In this document: in pieces, positions 1-9,358 of the stretch
How the letters are laid out: the number at the start of each line of letters is the position of its first letter
Position numbering within the stretch: position 1 is the stretch's first letter
Source: Candidatus Saccharimonadota bacterium
Lineage (GTDB): Bacteria; Bacteroidota; Bacteroidia; Flavobacteriales; Blattabacteriaceae
Length of the DNA stretch: 32,000 nucleotides
Direction of reading: 5' to 3'
NCBI RefSeq assembly: GCF_014252415.1
Contig: NZ_CP059223.1
Coordinates: 240,001 to 272,000, forward strand
The notes under the pieces: model-generated
Database searches by the model: none
Seen by the model: only the letters and a program-made list of their open reading frames with translations
What the model was told of the DNA's origin: nothing
Position numbers and translations under genes: made by a program

Positions 1-651
1 TTTGGATTTTATATAGAAAAAAATATTATATGTTACCAAGATAAAAATAATAAAATTCACAAAATTTTCAACGTTAAATATATATATGGTTTATATAATA
101 TATATAATATCATTGCTATAATAATTGTTTCTAAATTATTAAATATTAATAATAATGTTTTAAATTCGGTTTTAAGTAATCTTAATTCGATAGAACATCG
201 ATTAGAAAAAATTAATTATATAATAAATGGAGTCAATTTTATTAATGATTCGAAGGCAACAAATGTTAGCTCTACATTTTTTGCATTAGAAAAAATCAAA
301 GGTCCTATTATTTGGATAGTAGGTGGAAAAGATAAAGGTAATAATTATAAAGAATTAGTACCTATAGTTAAGAAAAAGGTAAAAGCTATAATATGTTTAG
401 GTATAGATAATATTAAAATTATTAATATGTTTAAAAACATTGTTCATATTATATTAGAAACAAAAAGTATGAAAAAAGCAGTTTATATTTCTTATAGTTT
501 ATCTAAACCTGGATATAATATATTATTATCTCCTTCTTGTTCTAGTTTTGATTTGTTTGATAATTATATAAAAAAAGGAAATGAATTTAAAAAAGAAGTA
601 AAATATCTTTTTTATAATAGAAAAAATGAAAAAAATAAATATTTTTATTAG
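1..651 (+). CDS. murD: UDP-N-acetylmuramoylalanine--D-glutamate ligase MurD, C-terminal part (5' end lies outside the window)
   Basis: Frame 1 is open from base 1 to TAG at 649-651. My translation gives ...IEHRLEKINYIINGVNFINDSKATNVSSTFFALEKIKGPIIWIVGGKDKG...LLSPSCSSFDLFDNYIKKGNEFKKEV, the Mur-ligase C-terminal domain pattern (HRLE, NDSKATN, GG.DKG, LSP.C.S.D.F). It lies directly upstream of ftsW-murG-murC. The track ORF 427..651 is only its tail. Confidence 0.85.
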   Translation, partial: FGFYIEKNIICYQDKNNKIHKIFNVKYIYGLYNIYNIIAIIIVSKLLNINNNVLNSVLSNLNSIEHRLEKINYIINGVNFINDSKATNVSSTFFALEKIKGPIIWIVGGKDKGNNYKELVPIVKKKVKAIICLGIDNIKIINMFKNIVHIILETKSMKKAVYISYSLSKPGYNILLSPSCSSFDLFDNYIKKGNEFKKEVKYLFYNRKNEKNKYFY

Positions 652-1774
652 TAATTATTTAAGAGGAGATAAATATTTATGGGCTTTTATATCTTTATTA
701 ACTATATTTTCTTTTTTACCAGTTTATTCTGCAATCAGTAGTTTTACAATTAGATATTGTAAAGGGACTTATACAATATTTTATTGTTTATTAAAACATA
801 TTTTTTTTTTATTAGTAGGATATTGTATTCTTTTTTTTACACAATTTATTCATTATAAACATTTCTATAAAGTATCTATATTTTTAATTTTTATATCATT
901 TATTTTACTTATTATTACAGTTTTTCAAGGTAAAAAATTAAATGGAGTTAATGCATCTAGATGGTTACATATTCCTATTATTAATGTATCATTTCAAACT
1001 TCTGGTATAGGAAGTTTATCTATATTTATGTATTCTGCAAGATTTTTATCAAAATATAAAAAAAATAAATTACACTTTATAAAATTTTTTATAAATTTTT
1101 TATTACCTGTATTTATGATTACAGGGTTAATTTTTCCTTCTAACGGATCTACAGCTATTATCATTTTTATATCTGTTCTAATTATACTTTTCATAAGTAG
1201 ATCTTCTACAAAAGATGTAATAACATTTTTTTTATTGGGAATATTTTTATCAACTACATATATTTTTTTTGTTACAAAATATTCTAATGAAAATAGAGTT
1301 TTGACATGGAAAAATCGTATAGAAAAATTTTTAAAAAATGAAGATACTTATCAAATAATACAGTCTAAAACTGCTATTATTATGGGAAAGACATTCGGCC
1401 TTGGACCTGGTAAAAGTATAATTAAAAACTTTCTTCCATTATCTTATTCAGATTTTATTTATGCCATAATTATAGAGGAATATGGATTACTTGGTGGAAT
1501 TATATTACTATTTATTTATTTACTTATATTATTTAGAATAATGGTCATAGCTACAAAAGTAAAAAATTATTTTTGTACACTTTTAGTATTTTCTGTAGGA
1601 TTTCCACTAATGATACAATCATTTGTTAATATGGGTATTACAGTAGGAATTTTCCCTATAACTGGACAAACACTACCATTAATTAGTGCAGGAGGTACTT
1701 CTATATGGATTACATTTTTTAGTTTTGGTATTATATTAAGTATTAGTAGAACTATATATGAAAAATCTAATTAG
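626..1774 (+). CDS. ftsW: Cell division protein FtsW (SEDS family peptidoglycan glycosyltransferase / lipid II handling)
   Basis: 382 aa polytopic membrane protein with a SEDS-like C-terminal region (SDFIYAIIIEEYGLLGG...GQTLPLISAGGTSIW). It holds the canonical dcw position between murD and murG. The ATG at 626 overlaps the murD tail by 26 nt. Confidence 0.85.
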   Translation: MKKINIFISNYLRGDKYLWAFISLLTIFSFLPVYSAISSFTIRYCKGTYTIFYCLLKHIFFLLVGYCILFFTQFIHYKHFYKVSIFLIFISFILLIITVFQGKKLNGVNASRWLHIPIINVSFQTSGIGSLSIFMYSARFLSKYKKNKLHFIKFFINFLLPVFMITGLIFPSNGSTAIIIFISVLIILFISRSSTKDVITFFLLGIFLSTTYIFFVTKYSNENRVLTWKNRIEKFLKNEDTYQIIQSKTAIIMGKTFGLGPGKSIIKNFLPLSYSDFIYAIIIEEYGLLGGIILLFIYLLILFRIMVIATKVKNYFCTLLVFSVGFPLMIQSFVNMGITVGIFPITGQTLPLISAGGTSIWITFFSFGIILSISRTIYEKSN

Positions 1775-2885
1775 TAACAATATCAATCCAAAAATTATTA
1801 TTGGATGTGGAGGCACTGGGGGGCATATTTACACAGGTGTAGCTATTGCAAATGGAATAAAAAATAAAATTCCGAAATCTAATATATTATTTATCGGATC
1901 TAAAAATCATATGGAAATGAAAGAAATTCCAAAATATGGATTTAAAATTAAAGGAATTTGTTTATCTGGGGGAAGAAATAAACTTGTATCTATATATTCA
2001 GGATTTATTTTATTATCACAATTGATACGTAGTTTTATTTCAATAAAGAAGGTTATTAAACAATTTTCTCCAAATATAGTGATTGGAACAGGTGGTTACG
2101 TAAGTTTTCCTACTTTGTGTGTAGCAAAAAATAAAAATATCCCTATACTAATACAAGAACAAAATTCTATTCCAGGAATAACTAATAGAATATTTTCTCG
2201 TTATGCTAAAAAGATATGTATTGCTTATGATCAAGCAAAAAAATTTTTTCCTAAAAAAAAAACTATAATAACAGGAAATCCAATTCGATCCAATATTTTT
2301 CATTTACCTGACAAAAAAATAGCATGTAATAAATTGGGATTAAAAAAAGATAAACCAATTATTCTTTCGTTAGGTGGTAGTCATGGATCTAATAATATAA
2401 ATAATGCTTGGATTAATGGAGGATTAACTAAATTAATTCATTTAGATCTTCAATTAATTTGGCAAATTGGAAATTATCATATTAATAAAATAAAAAGAAA
2501 CGAAATATTAAATCATCCTAATTTTAGGATAACAAAATTTATTGAAGATATATCTTATTGTTATGCTGCAGCAGATATTATTGTATCTAGAGCAGGTGCT
2601 TTAACTATATCAGAAATATGTATAATAGGAAAACCCTATATATTAATTCCTCTTTCTAGTTCTACAGACAATCATCAAAGTGAAAATGCAAAAGTATTAG
2701 AGAAAAAAAAAGCAGCATTAATTATTAATGATTCAGAAATAGAAGAAAAATTAATAGACTCAATTGTTAAATTAATGAATAATATTCATATGAAAAAAAA
2801 AATGATAAAAAATATGTTATCATTAAGTAAACCTTCGGCAACTAATGATATTATTAAAGAAATTTTACGAATCATATTATGTTAA
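1758..2885 (+). CDS. murG: Undecaprenyldiphospho-muramoylpentapeptide beta-N-acetylglucosaminyltransferase MurG
   Basis: N-terminal glycine loop GCGGTGGHIYTGVAIA, the C-terminal block VSRAGALTISE, and dcw synteny. Confidence 0.9.
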   Translation: MKNLISNNINPKIIIGCGGTGGHIYTGVAIANGIKNKIPKSNILFIGSKNHMEMKEIPKYGFKIKGICLSGGRNKLVSIYSGFILLSQLIRSFISIKKVIKQFSPNIVIGTGGYVSFPTLCVAKNKNIPILIQEQNSIPGITNRIFSRYAKKICIAYDQAKKFFPKKKTIITGNPIRSNIFHLPDKKIACNKLGLKKDKPIILSLGGSHGSNNINNAWINGGLTKLIHLDLQLIWQIGNYHINKIKRNEILNHPNFRITKFIEDISYCYAAADIIVSRAGALTISEICIIGKPYILIPLSSSTDNHQSENAKVLEKKKAALIINDSEIEEKLIDSIVKLMNNIHMKKKMIKNMLSLSKPSATNDIIKEILRIILC

Positions 2886-4288
2886 ATAATATAAACTTTT
2901 TTTATTTTCTAGGAATAGGAGGTATAGGTATGAGTTCATTGGCTAGATATTTTCATTATATGGGAAAAATTGTTTATGGTCATGATCAAAATTATACTTC
3001 TTTAACAAATAATTTGGAAAATGAAGGAATAATTATTAATTATGATGATAATATTAAATCAATTCCGTTTTGGGTTTGTTCTGATAAATGTATGACTATT
3101 TACACTCCAGCTATACCTAATAATCATAAACAATGGATTTTTTTAAAAAAAAATGTAAAAAATATAAAAAAAAGATCTCAAGTATTATCTTTAATTACAA
3201 AAAATAAAACTTGTATAGCTATAGGGGGTACTCATGGTAAAACTACTACATGTAGTTTTTTAACGCATATTTTATATAGTAATGGAATAAAAATTACTTC
3301 TTTTTTAGGAGGAATATCTAAAAATTATGAATCTAATTTTATTTCAAACGGAAAAGATATTTTCTTAGTAGAAGCTGATGAATTTGATCGTTCCTTTTTA
3401 CATTTATCTCCTAACATTGCTTGTATTACATCATTAGATCAAGATCATGTAGATATTTATCCTAAAAAAGATATTTTGATCAATGCTTATATAAACTTTT
3501 CTAAAAGGATAAAAAATCCATATAAAAAAATCTTCTTATGTAAAGAAGATTCTTTTTTATATAAAAAATATTTTATTTCAAAAAATGTTATTTATTATTC
3601 AATAATTTATAAAGAAGATTATTATTCGGATAATATTGTTATAAAAGATAATAAATGGTATTTTGATTTTCATACTCCTAAAGAAGTATGGAAATCTATA
3701 GTTTTACCTATTCCTGGTTATCATAATTTAAAAAATATTACAGCAGCTTTATCTATAGCCGATTATTTAAATATTAATAAAGAAAAAATAAAAAAATATT
3801 TATATTTATTTAAAGGAATTGAAAGAAGATATTCTATTCATTATAATAATAATGGAAAAATATATATAGATGATTACGCTCATCATCCAACAGAAATTAA
3901 TATTTTAATTAAAACTGTTAAACAATGTTTTCCTAAAAAAAAAATATTAGGGATTTTTCAACCACATTTATTTAGTAGAACTAAATTTTTTGAAAATTCT
4001 TTTGCAAAAAGTTTAGAAAACTTTGATTTTTTAATATTATTAGAAATTTATCCTTCTAGAGAAGATAATAAAAAACTAGAATATAATATTAATTCAAATA
4101 TATTATTAAATAAAATAAATTTGAATTTAGATAATAAAATAGTATCTACCTTGGATAAGGTTATGTTAACAATAAAAGAAAAAAAATTTGATTTTGATAT
4201 TATTATGACAATAGGAGCAGGAAATATAGAAAATATAATTAATCCAATAAAAAAATGGTTAAATAAAGAATATGGACATAATAATTAA
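2879..4288 (+). CDS. murC: UDP-N-acetylmuramate--L-alanine ligase MurC
   Basis: FLGIGGIGMSSLARYF N-terminal Rossmann motif, Mur-ligase P-loop GGTHGKTTT, DDYAHHPTEI, and dcw synteny. Confidence 0.9.
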   Translation: MLNNINFFYFLGIGGIGMSSLARYFHYMGKIVYGHDQNYTSLTNNLENEGIIINYDDNIKSIPFWVCSDKCMTIYTPAIPNNHKQWIFLKKNVKNIKKRSQVLSLITKNKTCIAIGGTHGKTTTCSFLTHILYSNGIKITSFLGGISKNYESNFISNGKDIFLVEADEFDRSFLHLSPNIACITSLDQDHVDIYPKKDILINAYINFSKRIKNPYKKIFLCKEDSFLYKKYFISKNVIYYSIIYKEDYYSDNIVIKDNKWYFDFHTPKEVWKSIVLPIPGYHNLKNITAALSIADYLNINKEKIKKYLYLFKGIERRYSIHYNNNGKIYIDDYAHHPTEINILIKTVKQCFPKKKILGIFQPHLFSRTKFFENSFAKSLENFDFLILLEIYPSREDNKKLEYNINSNILLNKINLNLDNKIVSTLDKVMLTIKEKKFDFDIIMTIGAGNIENIINPIKKWLNKEYGHNN

Positions 4289-4543
4289 TTAAAAAATATA
4301 AAATTTTTATATAAAAAGTTTAATAAATTATATTTTTATATTAATGATTTAATAAAATTATTTAATTTTATTATCGTTATTTTTTTTAAATTCAATTCAA
4401 AATAAAATTTTTTGAAAATTATATTGTATAATAAAAATAATTTTTGAGTTATTTCATTATAATTTATTATGAAATATTAATTGTTATAATTAAAATTTTA
4501 AATATCCAGTAGTCATAAAAAAATAAGATAATAAGATAATTTT

Positions 4544-5908
4544 ATGGAATATCAAGATATAGCTATTGGTCTAGATGTAGGTACTACAAAGATTGTAGCT
4601 ATGGTCGGAAGAAGAAATGAGTATAATAAAATTGAAATTTTAGGTATAGGAAGATCTAAAAGTATTGGAGTACATAGGGGAGTTGTAAACAACATAACTC
4701 AAACTATTGACGCTATTAGAGAAGCGGTTTCTGAAGCTGAACATAGTTCTGGATTAAAAATAAAGGAAGTTATTGTAGGAATAGCTGGACAACATATTAG
4801 GAGTTTACAACATAATGATTATATTACAAGATTAGATTTTGAAAATGTTATTAATCAAAAAGATATACAAAAATTAATAGATCAAGTTCATAAATTAGTA
4901 ATGTTACCAGGAGAAGAAATTATTCATGTCCTTCCTCAAGAATACAAAGTAGATAGTCAGTCAGAAATAGGGGAACCTATTGGGATGTATGGTAGTCGTT
5001 TAGAAGCTAATTTTCATGTAGTTGTTGGACAAATTTCTTCAATTAGAAATATTGGAAGATGCGTTAAAGCAGCTGGATTAAATCTTGCTGGAATGACTTT
5101 AGAACCTATAGCTTCCGCAGAAGCAGTTTTAAGTAAAGAAGAAAGAGAAGCAGGAGTTGCTTTAGTAGACATAGGAGGGGGAACAACAGATGTTGCTATA
5201 TTTAAAGATAATATCATTCGTCATACTGCTGTTATCCCTTTTGGAGGAAATGTAATTACTGAAAATATAAAAACAGATTGTCTAATTATTGAAAGACAAG
5301 CAGAATTATTGAAAATAAAATTTGGATCAGCTTGGCCAGGAGAAAACAAAGAAACTGAAATTGTTTGTATACCTGGACTAAGAGGTAGAGAACCAAAAGA
5401 AATTTCTTTAAAACATCTTTCTAAGATTATTCATACAAGAGTTTGTGAAATTTTAGAACATGTTAACGTTGAAATTAATAATTATGGAAATGAAGAACAA
5501 AAAAAAAGATTAATAGCAGGACTAGTCATGACAGGAGGCGGAGCACAATTAAAACATATAAGACCTCTCACTGAATATATTACTGGAATGGATGTCCGTG
5601 TAGGATATTCTAATGAACATATAGCGGGTGGAGATAATGGATTTATAAGTAATCCTGAATATGCAACATCAATAGGATTAGTTGTAAAAGGGTTAGATGA
5701 TAAGAAAAAATATTTATGTACATCAGATATGGTATACAATCAATCAGATTATAAAAACAATGTTGAATTATTTTCTACAAAATTTTATAATAAAAATAAA
5801 TTATATGAAAAAGAGTTAGATAATTCTATTAATAAAAAGAAAAAATCCAAATCTTTTTTAGAAATTTGGGCAGATAAATTTCGTCAAATATTGAATGACA
5901 CAGAATAA
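4544..5908 (+). CDS. ftsA: Cell division protein FtsA
   Basis: Actin-fold ATPase motifs GLDVGTTKIVAMVG, VDIGGGTTDVAIF and VMTGGGAQL. The C terminus has an amphipathic membrane-targeting helix candidate (SFLEIWADKFRQIL). It lies directly upstream of ftsZ. Confidence 0.95.
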   Translation: MEYQDIAIGLDVGTTKIVAMVGRRNEYNKIEILGIGRSKSIGVHRGVVNNITQTIDAIREAVSEAEHSSGLKIKEVIVGIAGQHIRSLQHNDYITRLDFENVINQKDIQKLIDQVHKLVMLPGEEIIHVLPQEYKVDSQSEIGEPIGMYGSRLEANFHVVVGQISSIRNIGRCVKAAGLNLAGMTLEPIASAEAVLSKEEREAGVALVDIGGGTTDVAIFKDNIIRHTAVIPFGGNVITENIKTDCLIIERQAELLKIKFGSAWPGENKETEIVCIPGLRGREPKEISLKHLSKIIHTRVCEILEHVNVEINNYGNEEQKKRLIAGLVMTGGGAQLKHIRPLTEYITGMDVRVGYSNEHIAGGDNGFISNPEYATSIGLVVKGLDDKKKYLCTSDMVYNQSDYKNNVELFSTKFYNKNKLYEKELDNSINKKKKSKSFLEIWADKFRQILNDTE

Positions 5909-5914
5909 AAAATA

Positions 5915-7291
5915 ATGAAAAAAGAAAATTCAAAAATAGAAAAAAAAGAAAAAATTCAATTTAAATTATCAAATAACCGTTCTGCATCAATTAAAGTAAT
6001 AGGAGTAGGAGGAGGGGGTAGTAATGCCTTAAGTTATATGTTTGAACAAGGGATTAATGGAGTAGATTTTATAGCTTGTAATACAGATGCACAAGCTTTA
6101 AATAATAATCCAGTTCCTACAAAAATACAATTGGGTGCATCTATAACTGAAGGACTTGGTGCAGGAGCAGATCCTGAAGTAGGAGAAAAAGCTGCATTAG
6201 AAAGTCTAGAAGAAATAAAAAGTGTATTAGATTCCAATACCAAAATGACATTTATTACTGCAGGAATGGGAGGAGGTACAGGAACAGGAGCTGCTCCTGT
6301 TATTGCAGGAATTTCTAAAGAAAAAGGAATTCTTACTGTAGGAATAGTTACTATTCCATTTCATTTTGAGGGAAAAATGAGATTAAAACAAGCTCAAAAA
6401 GGAATAGAATCTTTAAGAAAAAATGTAGATTCATTAATTGTTATTAATAATGATAAGTTAAGAGAACTATATGGAAATTTAGGATTTAAAGCAGGATTTG
6501 CAAAAGCAGATGAAGTATTAACTACAGCAGCCAAAGGAATTGCAGAAGTTATCACCCATCATTATAAACAAAATATAGATTTAAGAGATACAAGAACAGT
6601 ATTAAAAGAAAGTGGTACTGCTGTAATGGGGTCTTCAGTTTCTGTTGGAGAAAATAGAGCTAAGGAAGCCGTAATTCAAGCATTAGACTCTCCATTATTA
6701 AATGATAATAAAATAACTGGAGCTAAAAATGTACTTCTTTTAATTGTGTCTGGTAGGATTGAAATTACTATAGATGAAATTGGAATTATTAGTGATTATA
6801 TTCAATCAGAAGCAGGAAATAATGCAAATATTATAATGGGAATAGGAGAAGACGAAAAATTAGAAGAAAGTATTTCTGTTACAATAGTAGCAACAGGATT
6901 TCCAACTGAAATACAACGTGCTATTAATCATGAAGAAAAAAAAATATTTCATAGGTTAGAAGAACCATATGATAAAAAATTACCAAATAGAGATGAAATA
7001 CATTTATTACAAAAAAAATCATTTTTTTCAATAAAAAAAAAATTTTCAAAAGATTTAGATAAATTAAATAACGGTAAAAAAAAAATTTCATTGAATCAAA
7101 ATATATTTAATCAATCAATAGATTTAAACTCTAGTTCTTTTAATAATCCTCATGCAAATTATAGTGAAAATAAAGAAAAAAATATTTCTTCTTTAGAAGA
7201 AAACTTTGATTATCCTATATATAGTAATAAAAAAAATAAAGTTTTAAATAAAGATATTAGAATAAAAAAAGAAAAAAATAATAATAAATAA
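5915..7291 (+). CDS. ftsZ: Cell division protein FtsZ
   Basis: IKVIGVGGGGSNA and the tubulin signature GMGGGTGTGAAPVIA. The core ends near VTIVATGF and is followed by a Lys/Asn/Ser-rich tail of about 125 aa. Confidence 0.97.
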   Translation: MKKENSKIEKKEKIQFKLSNNRSASIKVIGVGGGGSNALSYMFEQGINGVDFIACNTDAQALNNNPVPTKIQLGASITEGLGAGADPEVGEKAALESLEEIKSVLDSNTKMTFITAGMGGGTGTGAAPVIAGISKEKGILTVGIVTIPFHFEGKMRLKQAQKGIESLRKNVDSLIVINNDKLRELYGNLGFKAGFAKADEVLTTAAKGIAEVITHHYKQNIDLRDTRTVLKESGTAVMGSSVSVGENRAKEAVIQALDSPLLNDNKITGAKNVLLLIVSGRIEITIDEIGIISDYIQSEAGNNANIIMGIGEDEKLEESISVTIVATGFPTEIQRAINHEEKKIFHRLEEPYDKKLPNRDEIHLLQKKSFFSIKKKFSKDLDKLNNGKKKISLNQNIFNQSIDLNSSSFNNPHANYSENKEKNISSLEENFDYPIYSNKKNKVLNKDIRIKKEKNNNK

Positions 7292-7312
7292 TTTTATTAT
7301 ATTATTTTGTTT

Positions 7313-8722
7313 ATGAAATATTTTATACCTAAAGGTACTAGAGATTTTTCTCCAATTGAAACTTATAATCGTAATTTTTTGATTAAAACTATCAAAAAAT
7401 GTTTTAAAATATTTGGTTTTTATCCACTAGAAACTCCATCTATTGAAAATATATCTACTCTTAACGAAAAATATGGAGAAGAAGTCGAATTTTTAATATT
7501 TAAAATACTTAATTCCGGAAATACTTTAAGAAAAGGAATATTAAATTTTTTAAAAGAAATAGATAAAAGTAACAATATAAAAACTAATATTTATAATAAT
7601 CAAATTGTATATAGATTTTTATCTAATAAAGCACTTAGATATGATCTAACTGTTCCTTTTATACGATATATAATTATGAATAAAAATAGAATTTTTTTTC
7701 CATTTAAAAGATATCAAATACAACCTGTATGGAGATCTGAAAAACCTCAAAAAGGAAGATTTAGAGAATTTTATCAATCTGATGCCGATATTGTTTCAAG
7801 ATCTTATTCATTATGGTCCGAAATAGAATTAATTAAACTTTGTGATTATATTTTTACAAAACTAAATTTATCTATAATTATTTATATTAATCATATATAT
7901 ATATTGAAAGGAATAGTAGAGTTAATTGGTATAAAAGATAATTTATGGAAAGATTTTATTATAATTTTAGATAAATGGAATAAAATTGGAGAAAATGAAG
8001 TAAAAAAAGAAATGTTGAATAAAGGTATTACTTTACAATCATTTAATGATATAAAATATTTAATAAAAAGAAATGAAAGTTTTCAAAATAAAAAAAAATT
8101 TTTTGAAAAAAAATTTCAGTATTCTAATAAAGGTAAAATAGGTCTTAAAGAAATTAGTTTTATATATGAAACTCTAGAAAATATTTCTTTATATAAAACA
8201 AAATTAAAATGGAACATTTCTTTAGCAAGGGGAATAAATTATTATACAGGTATAATATGGGAAATTATCCCGAATAAACAAAATAATTATAATTCTATTG
8301 GAGGAGGAGGTAGATACGATAAATTAATAAATTTATTTGGAATGAAAAATATTTATGGGACAGGAATTTCATTTGGTTTAGATAGAATTTATTTAGCTAT
8401 GGAAAAAGAAAATTTATTTAAAATTAATAAATATAATTTTTTTCCATCTAAAATTATGTTTATTAATTTTGGAGATAAAGAATCTATTTATTCATATAAA
8501 TTATTAGATTTATTAAGAAAAAAAGGAATATCTACTCAATTATATCCTAATGTTTCAAACATTAATAAACAATTTAAATATGCGTATGATAATAATATTA
8601 AATTTGTTATAATGATAGGTGAAAATGAAATTAAAAATAATAAAATTAAAATGAAAAATACTAAGAATAAAATAGAAGTAGAATATAATAATATTAATGA
8701 TTTAATAAATGATATTATATAA
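7313..8722 (+). CDS. hisS: Histidine--tRNA ligase
   Basis: KGTRDFSP; class II motif 2 region FKRYQIQPVWRSEKPQKGRFREFYQSDADI; GGGGRYDKLI; GISFGLDRI. The track begins at TTG 7307, but the in-frame ATG at 7313 (MKYFIPKGTRD) matches the usual N terminus. Confidence 0.9.
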   Translation: MKYFIPKGTRDFSPIETYNRNFLIKTIKKCFKIFGFYPLETPSIENISTLNEKYGEEVEFLIFKILNSGNTLRKGILNFLKEIDKSNNIKTNIYNNQIVYRFLSNKALRYDLTVPFIRYIIMNKNRIFFPFKRYQIQPVWRSEKPQKGRFREFYQSDADIVSRSYSLWSEIELIKLCDYIFTKLNLSIIIYINHIYILKGIVELIGIKDNLWKDFIIILDKWNKIGENEVKKEMLNKGITLQSFNDIKYLIKRNESFQNKKKFFEKKFQYSNKGKIGLKEISFIYETLENISLYKTKLKWNISLARGINYYTGIIWEIIPNKQNNYNSIGGGGRYDKLINLFGMKNIYGTGISFGLDRIYLAMEKENLFKINKYNFFPSKIMFINFGDKESIYSYKLLDLLRKKGISTQLYPNVSNINKQFKYAYDNNIKFVIMIGENEIKNNKIKMKNTKNKIEVEYNNINDLINDII

Positions 8723-8729
8723 TTAAACT

Positions 8730-9332
8730 TTAATTTAAATTTTTTGACTTAAGCTTCATAGCTTCTTTTTTCCAAAAGTAAAATCCTTCTACAGATAAGT
8801 AAATAATAATTACTATTATTATTTTTGAATAAAATGATGAAAAAAAAATAGATAAAATATTAATAATAATACAAATTATCCAATTTTCTACTTTTTTTAT
8901 AGCCATTTGATACATACGAGAAAAATTTAATCCATTTATTATTATATTATTGAAATTATTTTCATCATTTTTTACATTTAGAGATAAAACAATTATATTT
9001 AGTACACAAGTAATAAAAAATAAAACAAATGTTTGTATGTAATCTTTTTTTTTACAAAAAGTTATAGAAATTTTTTTATTTTTTTTATTCATCCATAATA
9101 ACCATCCGTATAAGTTAATCATAATATAATATATTTTCATTATAAAATTTCCATATAAATGGTTTTTATAAGTTGAATAACTACTTATTATATAACTCAT
9201 TATAAAAGATGGATATGCCCAAGTATTATATTTTATAGAAAGAAATGTACTAATAATAGTAAAAAAAATGGATATTAAATCTAATGTTAAATAAATCCAA
9301 CATTTTTCATTATGATAATGTAAAAGAAACAT
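8730..9332 (-). CDS. pnuC: PnuC-like nicotinamide riboside transporter
   Basis: 200 aa multi-TM protein. SIKYNTWAYPSFIMSYIISSYSTYKNHLYGNFIMKIYYIMINLYGWLLW fits the remembered PnuC pattern (K.N.W.WP.G....Y......LY......Y....YGW..W). Recognised from memory of the family and not verified by search. Confidence 0.6.
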   Translation of the reverse strand: MFLLHYHNEKCWIYLTLDLISIFFTIISTFLSIKYNTWAYPSFIMSYIISSYSTYKNHLYGNFIMKIYYIMINLYGWLLWMNKKNKKISITFCKKKDYIQTFVLFFITCVLNIIVLSLNVKNDENNFNNIIINGLNFSRMYQMAIKKVENWIICIIINILSIFFSSFYSKIIIVIIIYLSVEGFYFWKKEAMKLKSKNLN

Positions 9333-9358
9333 AATTTTATTTATATGTATGATAGTAA

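Noticed and set aside
427-651. Track ORF of 74 aa as an independent small gene
   Set aside because: It is the in-frame C-terminal tail of murD. Frame 1 is open from base 1 and the upstream translation carries MurD motifs.
994-1194. 66-aa ORF antisense to ftsW
   Set aside because: It lies wholly inside a well-supported gene on the opposite strand, is low-complexity, and has no recognisable motif.
4450-4476. Imperfect inverted repeat TATTTCAT...ATGAAATA in the murC-ftsA spacer, as a terminator or operator
   Set aside because: The stem is only 8 bp and almost all A/T, with an 11-nt loop. Such pairs are expected by chance at this composition, and no T-run follows.
4523-4538. ATAAGATA x2 tandem directly upstream of the ftsA ATG, as a regulatory repeat
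   Set aside because: It is an 8-mer duplication in nearly pure A/T sequence, too short to tell apart from chance. It is noted only as part of the ftsA leader.
5014-5217. 67-aa ORF antisense to ftsA (the same applies to 5482..5739)
   Set aside because: It falls in the most conserved, relatively GC-rich part of ftsA, where antisense stop codons are rare by composition. The Pro/Ala/Ser-rich translation is typical of antisense artefacts.
6034-6243. 69-aa ORF antisense to the ftsZ GTPase core
   Set aside because: Same reasoning: it mirrors the Gly/Ala-rich codons of the tubulin signature region.
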